Shown: one piece after another, positions 9,197 to 21,811 of the stretch
Layout: every line of letters begins with the position of its first letter
How positions within the stretch are numbered: position 1 is the first letter of the stretch
Assembly (NCBI GenBank): GCA_964540635.1
Contig: CAZINP010000001.1
Location: forward strand, 9,540 to 73,539
Direction: 5' to 3'
Origin: an uncultured Gammaproteobacteria bacterium
GTDB lineage: Bacteria > Patescibacteriota > Patescibacteriia > Buchananbacterales > UBA6539
Length of the DNA stretch: 64,000 nucleotides
The notes under the pieces: generated by a model
Told to the model about the DNA's origin: nothing
Databases searched by the model: none
What the model saw: the letters and a program-made list of their open reading frames with translations, nothing else
Position numbers and translations under genes: made by a program

Positions 9197-10274
9197 AACG
9201 ATCGTCTGGATATGTGGCTACAAAAGCCAACCTGTCCAGATAATTTTTCAGAATATTCCGGAAAATATCCAGGTCGTCACTGCCTCGCCGGCGTCTTTGC
9301 GACGGCGAAACCGTGTGATTTTGTTCAGCCACGCCGCGGATAATTTCGCGCGCCTCAAAACCTGACTTGCCGATAATTTGCCCGGCTGTTTCCAGTTGTT
9401 GCTCCGGTGGCAAATCTTTCAGCCGAATAGCAGTTGACAAAGAGAGTCTTTTTTCTTCCGGCTTTTCGGGAGAAATCAACTCTTGAACCTCCGGCACGAG
9501 GTCAAGAATTGAAAGATGCATATAAACCCAAGCATCACTTTTGCCATACAGCAACATAATCTGTGCAATGCTCATGCCGTGATGGCGAAGGTCGCGGATA
9601 TTCCAGGCAATTTCCAAATCAGATAACCCAACTCGGTTCTCGTTAGAGGTAACCTGAGCGATAAGCCGGCTGATTTCCGTTGTCGGACACTCCACGACCT
9701 GAATACGATAAGGCAAATTTGCCTGCTGAGTCGCGCGCCAACGGCGCTCGCCGTTTAGAACAACCCACGGATGGTCCTTGTCTTCCCCGTTGGGATTCCG
9801 ATAGGCCTGAGCGGTTTCCTGCTGCTGACAAATCGCGATTGAATGCGATAATTGCCAAAGCAAATTTTGATCGAAAAACTTCCTTGGTTGTTTTTCGTCT
9901 CTGATTGCATCGTTTGGATCGATGTAAATCACATCGTCAACCTTAACCGAGTCCAAATCGCCTTTACCAAAAACCAAAACCTCATCCCACCAACCAGGGC
10001 CACGATTCTTCCGGTCAAAAAGTCGGCGATAGTACTCGTCAATACTCAAGCCGAGCAAATCCTTTTCTTGGGCCACCAGCAAATCAGCGCTTTGGGCCAG
10101 AATCGGAATATTAGAACCCAAAACAGGTTCATCTGTTTTTGACGCCGGCAGATCAGGACCACTGCCTCTTGCTGCGTCTTGCGGCTTGCCATCCTGCCTG
10201 GCCCGCCTTCTTTCCTCTTTTTTTTGCACTCGATCGCGTTTTGCCTGGTTGACCAGGTCTTTCTTTGTTGGCAT
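9165..10274 (-). CDS. ParB/Srx-fold ParB-like protein (orphan, no adjacent ParA)
   Basis: The ParB N-domain blocks VIYIDPNDAIRD and VVLNGERRWRA (GERRxRA) are present. An HTH region (NRVGLSDLEIAWNIRDL...GKSDAWVYMHLSILDLVPEVQELIS) follows. The N-terminus is basic and disordered. GC content is elevated. Confidence 0.7.
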   Translation of the reverse strand: MPTKKDLVNQAKRDRVQKKEERRRARQDGKPQDAARGSGPDLPASKTDEPVLGSNIPILAQSADLLVAQEKDLLGLSIDEYYRRLFDRKNRGPGWWDEVLVFGKGDLDSVKVDDVIYIDPNDAIRDEKQPRKFFDQNLLWQLSHSIAICQQQETAQAYRNPNGEDKDHPWVVLNGERRWRATQQANLPYRIQVVECPTTEISRLIAQVTSNENRVGLSDLEIAWNIRDLRHHGMSIAQIMLLYGKSDAWVYMHLSILDLVPEVQELISPEKPEEKRLSLSTAIRLKDLPPEQQLETAGQIIGKSGFEAREIIRGVAEQNHTVSPSQRRRRGSDDLDIFRNILKNYLDRLAFVATYPDDRFGKMFLNLPP

Positions 10275-10428
10275 TTTCGCTCTCCTCTTGTTCCTAAAAA
10301 ATTCTTGATGGATAATGTAAAAAGAGCGACAAATCTTTGCTTACATTAACACCAAAAAAACAATAATGCAAGCCGCCAAATCACTTGCCATTCAGCGATT
10401 AGCTGATTATAATTAAACTGCAAAATAT

Positions 10429-12387
10429 ATGAGAAAAATCACTGAAATTATTTTGGAGTTTAAATCAAAATTTTCGCCTGAAAGGCTGAAAAACTATGCA
10501 TTTTACCTTGCTCATTATTTTTGGGCGCCAATTTTTTTAACCCTTCTTTTCGTTTGGCAAAACCTGGCCTTTAATAACTGGCTGGGAATTTTTCCGGGAC
10601 AATATCTTATTCGTCGCGGTTTGGTTACTTTTGCCTTAGGCACTGTTCTTTTTGGCCCGGCCGTTTTTTTTAAAAAAACCGTAAGGCACCTGTACCTATT
10701 TTTCGCCTGCGCTTTTGTTTCATCAATTTTCATTTCTGAATTTATTTATTATCAATATTTTGGCGCCTTTCTTCAGGCAAGCGCCATTAAGTATATTGGG
10801 CAGGCAACTACCCAAACGCAAACCATCTCCTCTTTCCTTACTTTTGGTCTTTTATTTTTTTTAATTAATTTTATTTTTTGGGCCATTGATTTATTTTTAT
10901 TTTCAAAATTTAACCAGGAGCATTCTAAATTAAATTTCAAAGAAAAATTATTAACCTTTATTGTCATCTCTCTAATTGTTTATACCGCTTACGGCCATCT
11001 TGTAATGGTTGAGGCAAAAGAATGGGGCCACACTGATTTTTTGTACAAAAAGATTTTTGATTATGATAATTATGTCAGTAAAGTTGGCATTGTAAACTTT
11101 TTCTTGCAAGATACCAGCAAATATATTTTTAAAAAAAACAAAGTAAGCGATTCGGACAAAGAATTTTTAAAAAATTGGCTTTCAAAAAAATCAGAAGATA
11201 GTCGCGCCCAATATTTTGGCGCGGCAAAAAATAAAAACCTGATTATGATTCAGGTTGAATCTTTAGATGGAATTTTGGTAAACACAATAATTAACAACCA
11301 AGAAATTACGCCCAATCTCAATCAACTTGCTGCTAAAGGAATTTACTTTCCCAATTATTATGCTCAATTTGCCTTGGGCACAACCGCTGACGCCGAGTTC
11401 TCAATTCTTAACTCGCTCTATCCTTTGCCTGAAGACGTGGCCTTTGAGAGATACCCAAAGAATTATTACCTTGCTTTGCCAAAAATTTTAAATCTTAACG
11501 GTTATCAAACCTTTTCTTTTCACGGTGACGTTGTTTCCTTTTGGAATCGCGCCAATATTTATCCCAACCTGGGCTTTAGCGCTTGGTTTAGCCGCGACGA
11601 TTTTGTCAGCAACAATCCTTTAGGTGGTGCTTTTGAACTTTCCGATCAAGATTTTTTTGAACAATCAATTATAAAGTTGGAAAATTTACCCAAACCTTTT
11701 GCCGCAATTTTAATGACTTTAAGCTTACACACCCCGTTTACAATTCCTGATGGTCAAAAATCTTTGAATTTGGAAAATGAAGATTATTTAAGCCAAAATC
11801 AAAAAGATTATTTACAAGCCGCCGCTTATACCGATAAAACTTTGGGGGAATTTATCAATTCCCTAAAACAAAATGGACTTTATGATCAATCAATAATTTT
11901 AATTTATGGCGATCATGGCAGTTATACTGATATTGAAAAAGTTATAGGGGAAAAAAATCATGTTCAGGAATCATTTAATAACGCTCGCGTGCCATTGATT
12001 ATTTTAAATTCAGGAATTGAAACAAATATAACAATTCAATCTCCGGCCAGCCATATTGATTTATTTCCAACCCTCATAAATCTTTTGGGCATAAAAACTC
12101 AGATAAAATTTTTGGGGCAAGACATTTTTAACACCAAAGAGCCGACGGTAACCAAGCGAAAAAATATCAGCGGTCAAATTTCCGCAATTCTAGTAGACAA
12201 TGTATTATTTGCCGCTTCTTCAAACGGAGAATTTAAAGACGGCATGTGTTATGACTTAAACGAAAATAAAAACTTGCCAATTGATTTTTGTCAGAAAATT
12301 TATCAGGATCAAAACGATACGATTAATGCTTCTGACATTATTATCAGGGGCAATCTCGCCGAATGGCTCAATGACTCAAAACCATAA
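10429..12387 (+). CDS. LTA synthase-family sulfatase/phosphoglycerol transferase (LtaS/MdoB-like)
   Basis: An N-terminal polytopic domain is followed by an alkaline-phosphatase-superfamily catalytic domain (IMIQVESLDG, YGDHGS). Confidence 0.8.
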   Translation: MRKITEIILEFKSKFSPERLKNYAFYLAHYFWAPIFLTLLFVWQNLAFNNWLGIFPGQYLIRRGLVTFALGTVLFGPAVFFKKTVRHLYLFFACAFVSSIFISEFIYYQYFGAFLQASAIKYIGQATTQTQTISSFLTFGLLFFLINFIFWAIDLFLFSKFNQEHSKLNFKEKLLTFIVISLIVYTAYGHLVMVEAKEWGHTDFLYKKIFDYDNYVSKVGIVNFFLQDTSKYIFKKNKVSDSDKEFLKNWLSKKSEDSRAQYFGAAKNKNLIMIQVESLDGILVNTIINNQEITPNLNQLAAKGIYFPNYYAQFALGTTADAEFSILNSLYPLPEDVAFERYPKNYYLALPKILNLNGYQTFSFHGDVVSFWNRANIYPNLGFSAWFSRDDFVSNNPLGGAFELSDQDFFEQSIIKLENLPKPFAAILMTLSLHTPFTIPDGQKSLNLENEDYLSQNQKDYLQAAAYTDKTLGEFINSLKQNGLYDQSIILIYGDHGSYTDIEKVIGEKNHVQESFNNARVPLIILNSGIETNITIQSPASHIDLFPTLINLLGIKTQIKFLGQDIFNTKEPTVTKRKNISGQISAILVDNVLFAASSNGEFKDGMCYDLNENKNLPIDFCQKIYQDQNDTINASDIIIRGNLAEWLNDSKP

Positions 12388-12405
12388 ATTTGTTATAATT
12401 AATAA

Positions 12406-13377
12406 ATGTTAAATCTAGGAATTTTAATCGGACTTTTAACGCTTTTCTACCTTTTGGGCAAATCGGCTGATTTAGTTATTTCAAATATCAGAATTATTGC
12501 CGAAAAATTAGGGATAAAAATCTTTTTTATCGGCTTATTGCTCGGCGGCTTCACCTCTTTGCCAGAACTGGCCGTAGGCATTAATACGGTCGTTGACGAC
12601 ATCTCCTCAATTTCTTTCGGCAATCTTACCGGCGGGCTAATCGTTCTATTCGGCTTAGTGCTTGGTACCAGCGTTTACCTAAATAAAAAAATTGAATCTA
12701 CGGAAAAAATCAGCAGCCTGATTGTTATTTTTGCCTATTTATTGCTTCCACTGATTCTCGGCTTATTTAATCTTTTGAATATTGTCGGCGGAATAATACT
12801 CTCTGTCCTCTATTTTATTATTATCATCTTTCTTTATCATCAGCAAAAACATCACTTCCTTGAAAATTTTAGGGTTAATTTTGAAAATGGAAAAATCTTA
12901 AAAAATATTTTTTTATTAATCCTTGGCATTGTTTTGATCGTCGGTTTTTCAAACCTGATTGTCAGACTAACTGAATCAATTTTGGTTCAATGGGAAATCT
13001 CGCCATTTATTATCGGTTTGATTATTTTTTCAATTGGCACTAATCTGCCGGAAATTGTAGTAATGATCAAATCTTACCGGAAAAAAATCAGCGATTTATC
13101 TTTAAGCAACTTGATCGGTTCGGGTCTAGCCAATGTCTTAATCGTCGGTTTTCTGATTATCATCAAACCTTTAGAAATAAACATTACTCCGGCATATTTG
13201 ACTCTTCTATTTTTCTCGGCAATTACTTATATCTTGGTGATAATATTTTACAAATCAGGCAAATCGCTTGACTACCAAGAAGGATTTATCTTGATTTTAA
13301 CTTATTTGCTTTTTTTGGTCTTGCAAGGATACTTCCTTTTCTTACCCCTGCCTTTTACTTTTAACTATATTAATTAA
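12406..13377 (+). CDS. CaCA-family (Na+/Ca2+ exchanger-like) membrane protein, degenerate alpha-repeats
   Basis: The alpha-repeat-like segments GGFTSLPELAVGIN and GTNLPEIVV...NLIGSGLANVLIV are present. The canonical GNVIGSN motif is weaker than in the downstream paralog. Confidence 0.6.
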   Translation: MLNLGILIGLLTLFYLLGKSADLVISNIRIIAEKLGIKIFFIGLLLGGFTSLPELAVGINTVVDDISSISFGNLTGGLIVLFGLVLGTSVYLNKKIESTEKISSLIVIFAYLLLPLILGLFNLLNIVGGIILSVLYFIIIIFLYHQQKHHFLENFRVNFENGKILKNIFLLILGIVLIVGFSNLIVRLTESILVQWEISPFIIGLIIFSIGTNLPEIVVMIKSYRKKISDLSLSNLIGSGLANVLIVGFLIIIKPLEINITPAYLTLLFFSAITYILVIIFYKSGKSLDYQEGFILILTYLLFLVLQGYFLFLPLPFTFNYIN

Positions 13378-13379
13378 GT

Positions 13380-14339
13380 ATGTTTCTATCTCTACTGCTG
13401 ATTGCCGTCGGACTTGGCATCCTGGTCTATTCAGCCGATTTCCTGGTTCGCGGCTCATCTTCGGTTGCCCAAAAATTTGGCCTCTCGCCACTTTTTATCG
13501 GCTTAACCATCGTGGCCTTCGGCACATCTTTACCGGAATTAATCGTTAACATTTTTGCCAGTATAAAAGGCAGTGCCGATATAGCGGTTGGCAATGTTAT
13601 TGGTTCAAATATCAGTAACATCCTTTTAATCTTGGGCTGCTCGGCTTTTATTTTTCCACTCAAGGTCAAACACACCACCATTAGCAAAGAGATTCCCTTT
13701 GCTCTCTTAGCGGTTGTGGCGGTTTTTATTTTAGCCAACGATTATTTAATTGACGGCTTTGGCAAATCTTTTATCAGTCGCGGCGACGGCTTGATTTTAA
13801 TCGGTTTCTTCGCAATTTTTCTTTATTACACTATCGGCATCAGCCAAGAAGAAGAAAATAAAGAAGCCGATCCGATTAAAACTTACGGTTTATTTTTATC
13901 GCTTATCATGATTCTGGGAGGTATAATCGGTCTGGTCATTGGCGGCAATCTATTAGTTGATAATGCCATAACCATTGCCAAAATTTTTGGCGTATCAGAA
14001 GCCCTAATCGGCTTAACGGTTGTGGCCGTTGGCACTTCACTGCCGGAGCTAGCCACCTCCGTAGTTGCGGCTTGGAGAAAAAACAGCGACATTGCCATTG
14101 GCAACGTCGTTGGTTCAAATATTTTTAATATTTTCTGGATCCTTGGGCTGAGCTCAACGATTAATCCAATAAACTTTAGCGCTTCAATGAATTTTGATAT
14201 TGGCGTTTGTTTTCTGGCGACTCTAATTCTAATTCCTTTTATGTTTGTCGGAAAAAGAAATATACTTGAGCGCTGGCAGGGTTTAATATTAATTTTATTA
14301 TATATTTCTTACACTGCCTACTTAATATATCGCGGATAA
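13380..14339 (+). CDS. CaCA-family cation/Ca2+ exchanger (YrbG-like)
   Basis: Two canonical alpha-repeats are present: GTSLPELIVNIFAS...GNVIGSNISNILLILG and GTSLPELATSVVAA...GNVVGSNIFNIFWILG. Confidence 0.8.
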   Translation: MFLSLLLIAVGLGILVYSADFLVRGSSSVAQKFGLSPLFIGLTIVAFGTSLPELIVNIFASIKGSADIAVGNVIGSNISNILLILGCSAFIFPLKVKHTTISKEIPFALLAVVAVFILANDYLIDGFGKSFISRGDGLILIGFFAIFLYYTIGISQEEENKEADPIKTYGLFLSLIMILGGIIGLVIGGNLLVDNAITIAKIFGVSEALIGLTVVAVGTSLPELATSVVAAWRKNSDIAIGNVVGSNIFNIFWILGLSSTINPINFSASMNFDIGVCFLATLILIPFMFVGKRNILERWQGLILILLYISYTAYLIYRG

Positions 14340-14350
14340 AATTAGTAAAT

Positions 14351-14382
14351 AAAAAACACGCTTAATTTAAGCGTGTTTTTTA
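14351..14382. terminator. Rho-independent terminator (bidirectional)
   Basis: AAAAAA-CACGCttaatttaaGCGTG-TTTTTT. Confidence 0.7.
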
Positions 14383-14388
14383 TTTTAT

Positions 14389-15018
14389 TTAAATCTCTGA
14401 TTTGTCTTTTGTTCTGGGTATAAATACAATTGAGGGGGCGCTTAAAAGAGACGTTGATAGTTTTACCAAAATGTTAACCAAAATTATTTGGAAAACCACA
14501 TTGATTGGAACTGCGCCCAAAAAGGCTAAAAAACTAAAAATAAAGCTGTCAAAAATTATACTGATGAAATTGGAAACTAAGGCCGCCAACCAATCATTAA
14601 ATCTCCTATAAACATAACTGAATACCTCTGTATCAATTAACTCTGAAATTATCTGTGCAATTACGCTGGCAAAAACAATTCTTGATACCGGCAATAAAAT
14701 TGCCTCATAAGCGCTTTGATAAGCCCAGCTGGGATCAGCCGGGATTTTGCCCACCACCCAAAACAAACCAATCATTATTAAATTAAGAAGACCGGCAATA
14801 ATCACCAGCTGTCTGGCGCTTTCTTTTCCCCAAGTCTTATGAACAAAATCGCGCAAGGTAAAAGTTAGGGGGTAAATAATTGTGCCACCGTCAACCGATA
14901 ATTTTAAAATCGGCAAAAAAACAATTTTTGTCGACAAGATATTGGCAAATAATTGAAATGATAAATAAAGCGAACTGCTCAGCAAACCGATGTTAATTTT
15001 ACTCATAATTTTGTTCAT
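14389..15018 (-). CDS. YhhQ/VUT-family (queuosine precursor) transporter
   Basis: VDGGTIIYPLTFTLRDFVHKTWGK matches the YhhQ/DUF165 signature. There are about 6 transmembrane helices. Confidence 0.65.
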   Translation of the reverse strand: MNKIMSKINIGLLSSSLYLSFQLFANILSTKIVFLPILKLSVDGGTIIYPLTFTLRDFVHKTWGKESARQLVIIAGLLNLIMIGLFWVVGKIPADPSWAYQSAYEAILLPVSRIVFASVIAQIISELIDTEVFSYVYRRFNDWLAALVSNFISIIFDSFIFSFLAFLGAVPINVVFQIILVNILVKLSTSLLSAPSIVFIPRTKDKSEI

Positions 15019-15086
15019 CTAAAAAATCTATCATAAAACATAAAATAAATAAAGACCAAATCTTTTCTTTAAAAAATAACCAAATT

Positions 15087-17540
15087 TTGTTAAAATATGT
15101 GTATATGCAAAACTTTGGATTAACTTCAGCCCAAGCGCTGGAAAAACAAAAAAAATACGGTTTTAATCAACTCCCGGAGAAAGGTGGCCGGCCAAGCTGG
15201 GCGATATTTTTTGCTCAGTTCAAAAGTCCCATAATCTATATCTTGTTGGTTGTTACTTTTCTATCAATGGTTTTCGGGGAAATAACCGATGCCGGGTTGA
15301 TTGCCATTTTGATTGTCATTAACGTGCTTATGGGTTTTTATCAGGAAAACAAAGCCGAAAAAACCATGGCCAGTTTGAAAAAAATTATTCGGCCGATTTC
15401 CACTGTTTTAAGAGACGGCCAGATCATTAAAATTGAATCAAAAGAACTTGTTCCCGGCGACGTGGTTATTTTAAGCCAAGGCGATAAAATTCCGGCTGAC
15501 GGAAAATTAATCTTAGGTAGCAGCATCTCTGTCAATGAATCAATGTTGACCGGCGAAAATGAAGCGGTCATTAAAACAGTTGAGGATCACAATGATCTTT
15601 TATTCATGGGCACGGCCATTGTTACCGGGCGCGGTCAAATGCTGGTGGAAAAAATTGGCCAAGACACTGAAATTGGAAAAATTGGCAAAAGTTTATCCGA
15701 AATCAAAGAAGATAAAACACCACTACAAAAAAAATTATCAAGTTTTTCTAAAACCTTAACCTTATTTATTATCTTCTTAAGTTTAATTATATTTATCATC
15801 GGACTTTTGGCCAAACAAGAGATTTGGGAGATGATAAGATTTTCGGTTGTCCTTGCAGTTTCAGCCATCCCGGAAGCTCTGCCAATTGGCGTAACCGTAA
15901 TTTTAACCTTGGGCATGTCAAGAATCTTGAAAAAGAAAGGTTTAGTCAGAAAATTAATTTCAATTGAAACGCTGGGTTCAACCTCGGTAATCTGCACGGA
16001 CAAAACCGGCACCCTAACCGAAGGCATAATGAAAGTAGAAAAATTTGAATTTGCCCACGAAGAAGAAGCAATAAAAACTTTGCTAATTGCCAATATTCCA
16101 AAAAGCGGTCTTGAAGTTGCCCTGTGGGAATTTGCAAAAAAAGAGGGTAAAAACAAATACGATAAAGAAATTGCCTCGGCCAAGCGCGTTTATGAAAACC
16201 CTTTTGATAGTGAAAAAAAATATTCCCTTAACGTAATTGAGGCTAACAAAAAACAAACTGGTTATATTATTGGGGCACCAGAGATTGTAATTAATTTTTG
16301 CAAAACAAATGAAGAAACAGAATCATCGGTTTTATCCAATCTTGAAAAATGGACCACGCAAGGACTGCGCGTTGTGGGCTTGGCCACAAAGAAGTCCGGT
16401 GATTTAGAAAATCCGAACGATTACCAATGGGCCGGTTTAATCGGTGTCGTTGATCCAATCAGAAAAGAGGTTAAAGAAGCAATTGATATGGCCGCTGAAG
16501 CCGGAATCAAAGTTAAAATTATTACCGGCGATTACCTTAAAACCGCCCAAAAAGTCGCTACTCTATTAGGCTTAAATGCCAAAGACGATTATTGCATGGA
16601 GGGTCGCGACCTTGAATCGATTTCTGAAGCCGAGTTGGCAAAAAGAATCGATAAAATTACGATTTTTGCCCGCGTCACTCCTCATCAAAAACTAAAAATT
16701 GTTAATGCCCTGCAAAGTCGAGGCGAAGTTGTAGCCATGACCGGAGATGGTATAAATGACGCTCCGGCTCTTAAGAAAGCAAATATCGGCGTAGCGGTTG
16801 GCAATGCCACCGACGTTGCCAAAGAAGCCAGTGATTTGGTTTTATTGGACAGTAATTTCAAAACCATTATGGCAGCCTGCGCCGAAGGACGTTTGATTTT
16901 TTCCAACATCAAAAAAGTCGTTGGCTATATGATTTCAAATTCATTTGCCAACATTATTCTAATTCTTGGCACCGTCATCTTCAATCTACCGTATCCGGTT
17001 ACCATAGTTCAAATTCTTTGGATTCAATTAATTTGCGACGGCCCGCCGGATTTGCTTTTAGCCTTTGAACCAAAAGAGGAGGGTTTAATGAAAGAAGATC
17101 CGAAAAAGTTTATTGGTGAAGAAATTTTGAATCAGTGGATGAAAATGATTATTGCCCTAATCAGCACCAGCGTCGGTATAATCAGTTTTATTCTTTTTGT
17201 CTATCTATACAAGACAACTAACGACCTAGAGATGGCCAGAACGGTTGTATTTTTAACTCTCGGCAGCGTTAGCATTATTTACGTAATCTCATTTAAGAAT
17301 TTAACTCATTCCATATTTACCAGCCGCAACCTTTTTAAGAATATTTACTTATATTTGGGTATAATTTACGGCTTTGCCCTTTTGGCGATAGCCGTGTATG
17401 TTCCCTGGGCAAGAAACTTGCTTCAACTTAAAATACCGGAACCAAAATTGCTTTTACTTATCGGCTTAATAGGCTTGTTTATTACCATGATGGTCGAGTT
17501 CGCCAAAGTCTTTAATCATATATCCAAAAAAAGATCATAA
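15087..17540 (+). CDS. P2-type cation (Ca2+)-transporting P-type ATPase
   Basis: ICTDKTGTLTEG (phosphorylation site), MTGDGINDAPALKKANIGVA and a SERCA-like PEALPIGVTVILTLG motif are present. The probable true start is M7 at 15105. Confidence 0.85.
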   Translation: MLKYVYMQNFGLTSAQALEKQKKYGFNQLPEKGGRPSWAIFFAQFKSPIIYILLVVTFLSMVFGEITDAGLIAILIVINVLMGFYQENKAEKTMASLKKIIRPISTVLRDGQIIKIESKELVPGDVVILSQGDKIPADGKLILGSSISVNESMLTGENEAVIKTVEDHNDLLFMGTAIVTGRGQMLVEKIGQDTEIGKIGKSLSEIKEDKTPLQKKLSSFSKTLTLFIIFLSLIIFIIGLLAKQEIWEMIRFSVVLAVSAIPEALPIGVTVILTLGMSRILKKKGLVRKLISIETLGSTSVICTDKTGTLTEGIMKVEKFEFAHEEEAIKTLLIANIPKSGLEVALWEFAKKEGKNKYDKEIASAKRVYENPFDSEKKYSLNVIEANKKQTGYIIGAPEIVINFCKTNEETESSVLSNLEKWTTQGLRVVGLATKKSGDLENPNDYQWAGLIGVVDPIRKEVKEAIDMAAEAGIKVKIITGDYLKTAQKVATLLGLNAKDDYCMEGRDLESISEAELAKRIDKITIFARVTPHQKLKIVNALQSRGEVVAMTGDGINDAPALKKANIGVAVGNATDVAKEASDLVLLDSNFKTIMAACAEGRLIFSNIKKVVGYMISNSFANIILILGTVIFNLPYPVTIVQILWIQLICDGPPDLLLAFEPKEEGLMKEDPKKFIGEEILNQWMKMIIALISTSVGIISFILFVYLYKTTNDLEMARTVVFLTLGSVSIIYVISFKNLTHSIFTSRNLFKNIYLYLGIIYGFALLAIAVYVPWARNLLQLKIPEPKLLLLIGLIGLFITMMVEFAKVFNHISKKRS

Positions 17541-17544
17541 AATA

Positions 17545-17577
17545 AAAAAAGCCCCCGAGCTCGGGGGCTTTTTTTAT
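17545..17577. terminator. Rho-independent terminator (bidirectional)
   Basis: AAAAAAA-GCCCCCGAGCTCGGGGGC-TTTTTTT. Confidence 0.8.
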
Positions 17578-17580
17578 TTT

Positions 17581-18165
17581 CTAAATCCCGGCAAAATACA
17601 TGCTTAGAATTGTAAAAAATATTGAGACGACAAAAATACCGGAAATAGATGCGCTCAAAAAACTGTTATCTGGCATTTGAGCAAAAATTAAAAGAAAAAA
17701 CACACCACAAACTTGCATAAACATTTTAACCTTGCCGTAAACATTTGCTTTCATTCTAATTTTTGGATTCTTCCATTTTAAGTAAAAGGCAGCGGCAATC
17801 GTCGTAAATTCAAGCGCTAAAATGGCAATGATTAAAAATAAATGTAAATAACGATAAATCAAAATCAACCCAACTGAACCGATTAATAATTTGTCGGCCA
17901 CCGGATCAAACAGCTCACCCCATTCCGTAATTTGTTTTCTTGTGCGTGCCATTGTGCCGTCAATCGCATCAGTTAAAGCGGCAATAACAAATAAGGCGGC
18001 GGCAATGTCATAATTTCGTGTGAAAACCAACCAAATAACCGGCGGCACTAAAATAAACCTAACGATTGTTACGTGATTAGGTTTAACCCACTCCGGTATG
18101 GCCCACAAAAAAAGTCTCTTTACAATAAAATCATGCGGATGATGTTTTATTTCGTTTTCTTGCAT
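17581..18165 (-). CDS. CDP-alcohol phosphatidyltransferase (PgsA-like)
   Basis: A perfect D(x2)DG(x2)AR(x8)G(x3)D(x3)D motif is present: DAIDGTMARTRKQITEWGELFDPVAD. Confidence 0.85.
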   Translation of the reverse strand: MQENEIKHHPHDFIVKRLFLWAIPEWVKPNHVTIVRFILVPPVIWLVFTRNYDIAAALFVIAALTDAIDGTMARTRKQITEWGELFDPVADKLLIGSVGLILIYRYLHLFLIIAILALEFTTIAAAFYLKWKNPKIRMKANVYGKVKMFMQVCGVFFLLIFAQMPDNSFLSASISGIFVVSIFFTILSMYFAGI

Positions 18166-18326
18166 ATATAAATAATAACACCAAATACTTTTTTAAAAAA
18201 GTAAAAAATAATTAATCTTTAACGCAAAAATCGTTAATATTAATAATAATGTAGCTGACTCAAAAGATAAAAAAGTTAAATCTCATAAAAAATATGTAAA
18301 TTTAGCCAAATTTGAAATTTATACCC

Positions 18327-18354
18327 TTGACAGTTTCATTATTTTCTCTATACT
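18327..18354 (+). promoter_or_regulatory. Sigma70-type promoter of the V-type ATPase operon
   Basis: TTGACA, a 16-nt spacer and TATACT lie about 80 nt upstream of the first operon gene. Confidence 0.5.
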
Positions 18355-18432
18355 AAATTCATACTTTTCTGCATATAAATTTATCTAATTTAAGCAAAAT
18401 TTTGAATAAATTAATTATCTTTTTTTTATTTT

Positions 18433-18744
18433 ATGACAGATAGCGCTATTGCAAAAATCAAAAAAACTGAATCAGAAGCAGCCGCTTCCCTTGAAAATGC
18501 CAAGGCCGAGGTTGATAGTTTGGTTCAAAAAACCACAAAAGAATTTGAGCAAAATCTCTCTGAAGCCGAAAATTTAGCTTCCCCGGAAATCGGCACAATT
18601 TTAACTGAGGCCCAAAAGAGTTTACAGGGGCTTAAGATAAAACACGATGCAACATTGGCAAAAGAATTGGAAAAAATTAAGTCAGTAAGCTCACAAAAAA
18701 TTAAAGCAGCAGCCGAGACGATCGTCAAAGCTATCTTAAAATAA
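18433..18744 (+). CDS. atpH: V/A-type ATPase small coiled-coil stator subunit (H/G-like)
   Basis: 103-aa all-helical Ala/Glu/Lys-rich protein at the first position of the V-ATPase operon. Confidence 0.6.
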   Translation: MTDSAIAKIKKTESEAAASLENAKAEVDSLVQKTTKEFEQNLSEAENLASPEIGTILTEAQKSLQGLKIKHDATLAKELEKIKSVSSQKIKAAAETIVKAILK

Positions 18745-18746
18745 AT

Positions 18747-21225
<2,479 letters not shown>

Positions 21226-21235
21226 AAATAAAACT

Positions 21236-21796
21236 ATGCCACTTGCAGATATAAACAAAGCAATAATGGCCGAGGCCGAAGAACAAATTCGCGCCATAAA
21301 AGCCGAAGGTGAAAAAAAATTGGAAGCGCTCAAGGCTGAATGGACAGAAAAGATTGCCAAACGTAAAACCGAAATTATTGCCGGTGCCCAGAGAAAAGCC
21401 AACCAAAAAATTCAGCAAATGCAATTTAAACTGCAAGCTCAATTTCAAGCCGAAACCTTAAAAGCTAAAAACGAGATTATAAATAAAGCTTACGAGCAGG
21501 CCAAAAAAACCTTAGGTGAGCTTTCCGAAAAAGAATACGAGGATTTTATGGTTAAATTGATTAAAAAAATCAATGTAACAGAAGGTGAATTAATCTCGGT
21601 GCAAGGCAAAGAAAAAATCCTCAGAAAAGCTTTGCAAAAATCTGAAAAGAAATTTACTATTTCAGAAAAAACAACAAAGGATATCGGCGGCTTTATCTTC
21701 CAATCAAATAAATTGGAAATTGACAACACTTTCTCGCGACTAATCTCTGATTTGCGAGAACAAACCGTTCTTGAAGTAACAAAAATTTTATTTTAA
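21236..21796 (+). CDS. atpE: V/A-type ATPase subunit E
   Basis: 186 aa. An N-terminal long helix (AEEQIRAIKAEGEKKLEALKAEW) and a C-terminal globular domain are present, in the expected operon position. Confidence 0.8.
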   Translation: MPLADINKAIMAEAEEQIRAIKAEGEKKLEALKAEWTEKIAKRKTEIIAGAQRKANQKIQQMQFKLQAQFQAETLKAKNEIINKAYEQAKKTLGELSEKEYEDFMVKLIKKINVTEGELISVQGKEKILRKALQKSEKKFTISEKTTKDIGGFIFQSNKLEIDNTFSRLISDLREQTVLEVTKILF

Positions 21797-21811
21797 CATC
21801 TTTTAATACCT

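Noticed and set aside
15635-16183. 182-aa antisense ORF inside the P-type ATPase gene, and similar 60-110-aa antisense or out-of-frame ORFs across the window (for example 802..1035, 13427..13738, 19769..20095, 23478..23839, 36094..37584, 43588..44118)
   Set aside because: They are embedded in well-supported genes on the opposite strand or in another frame. They have no independent signals and show biased compositions typical of shadow ORFs.
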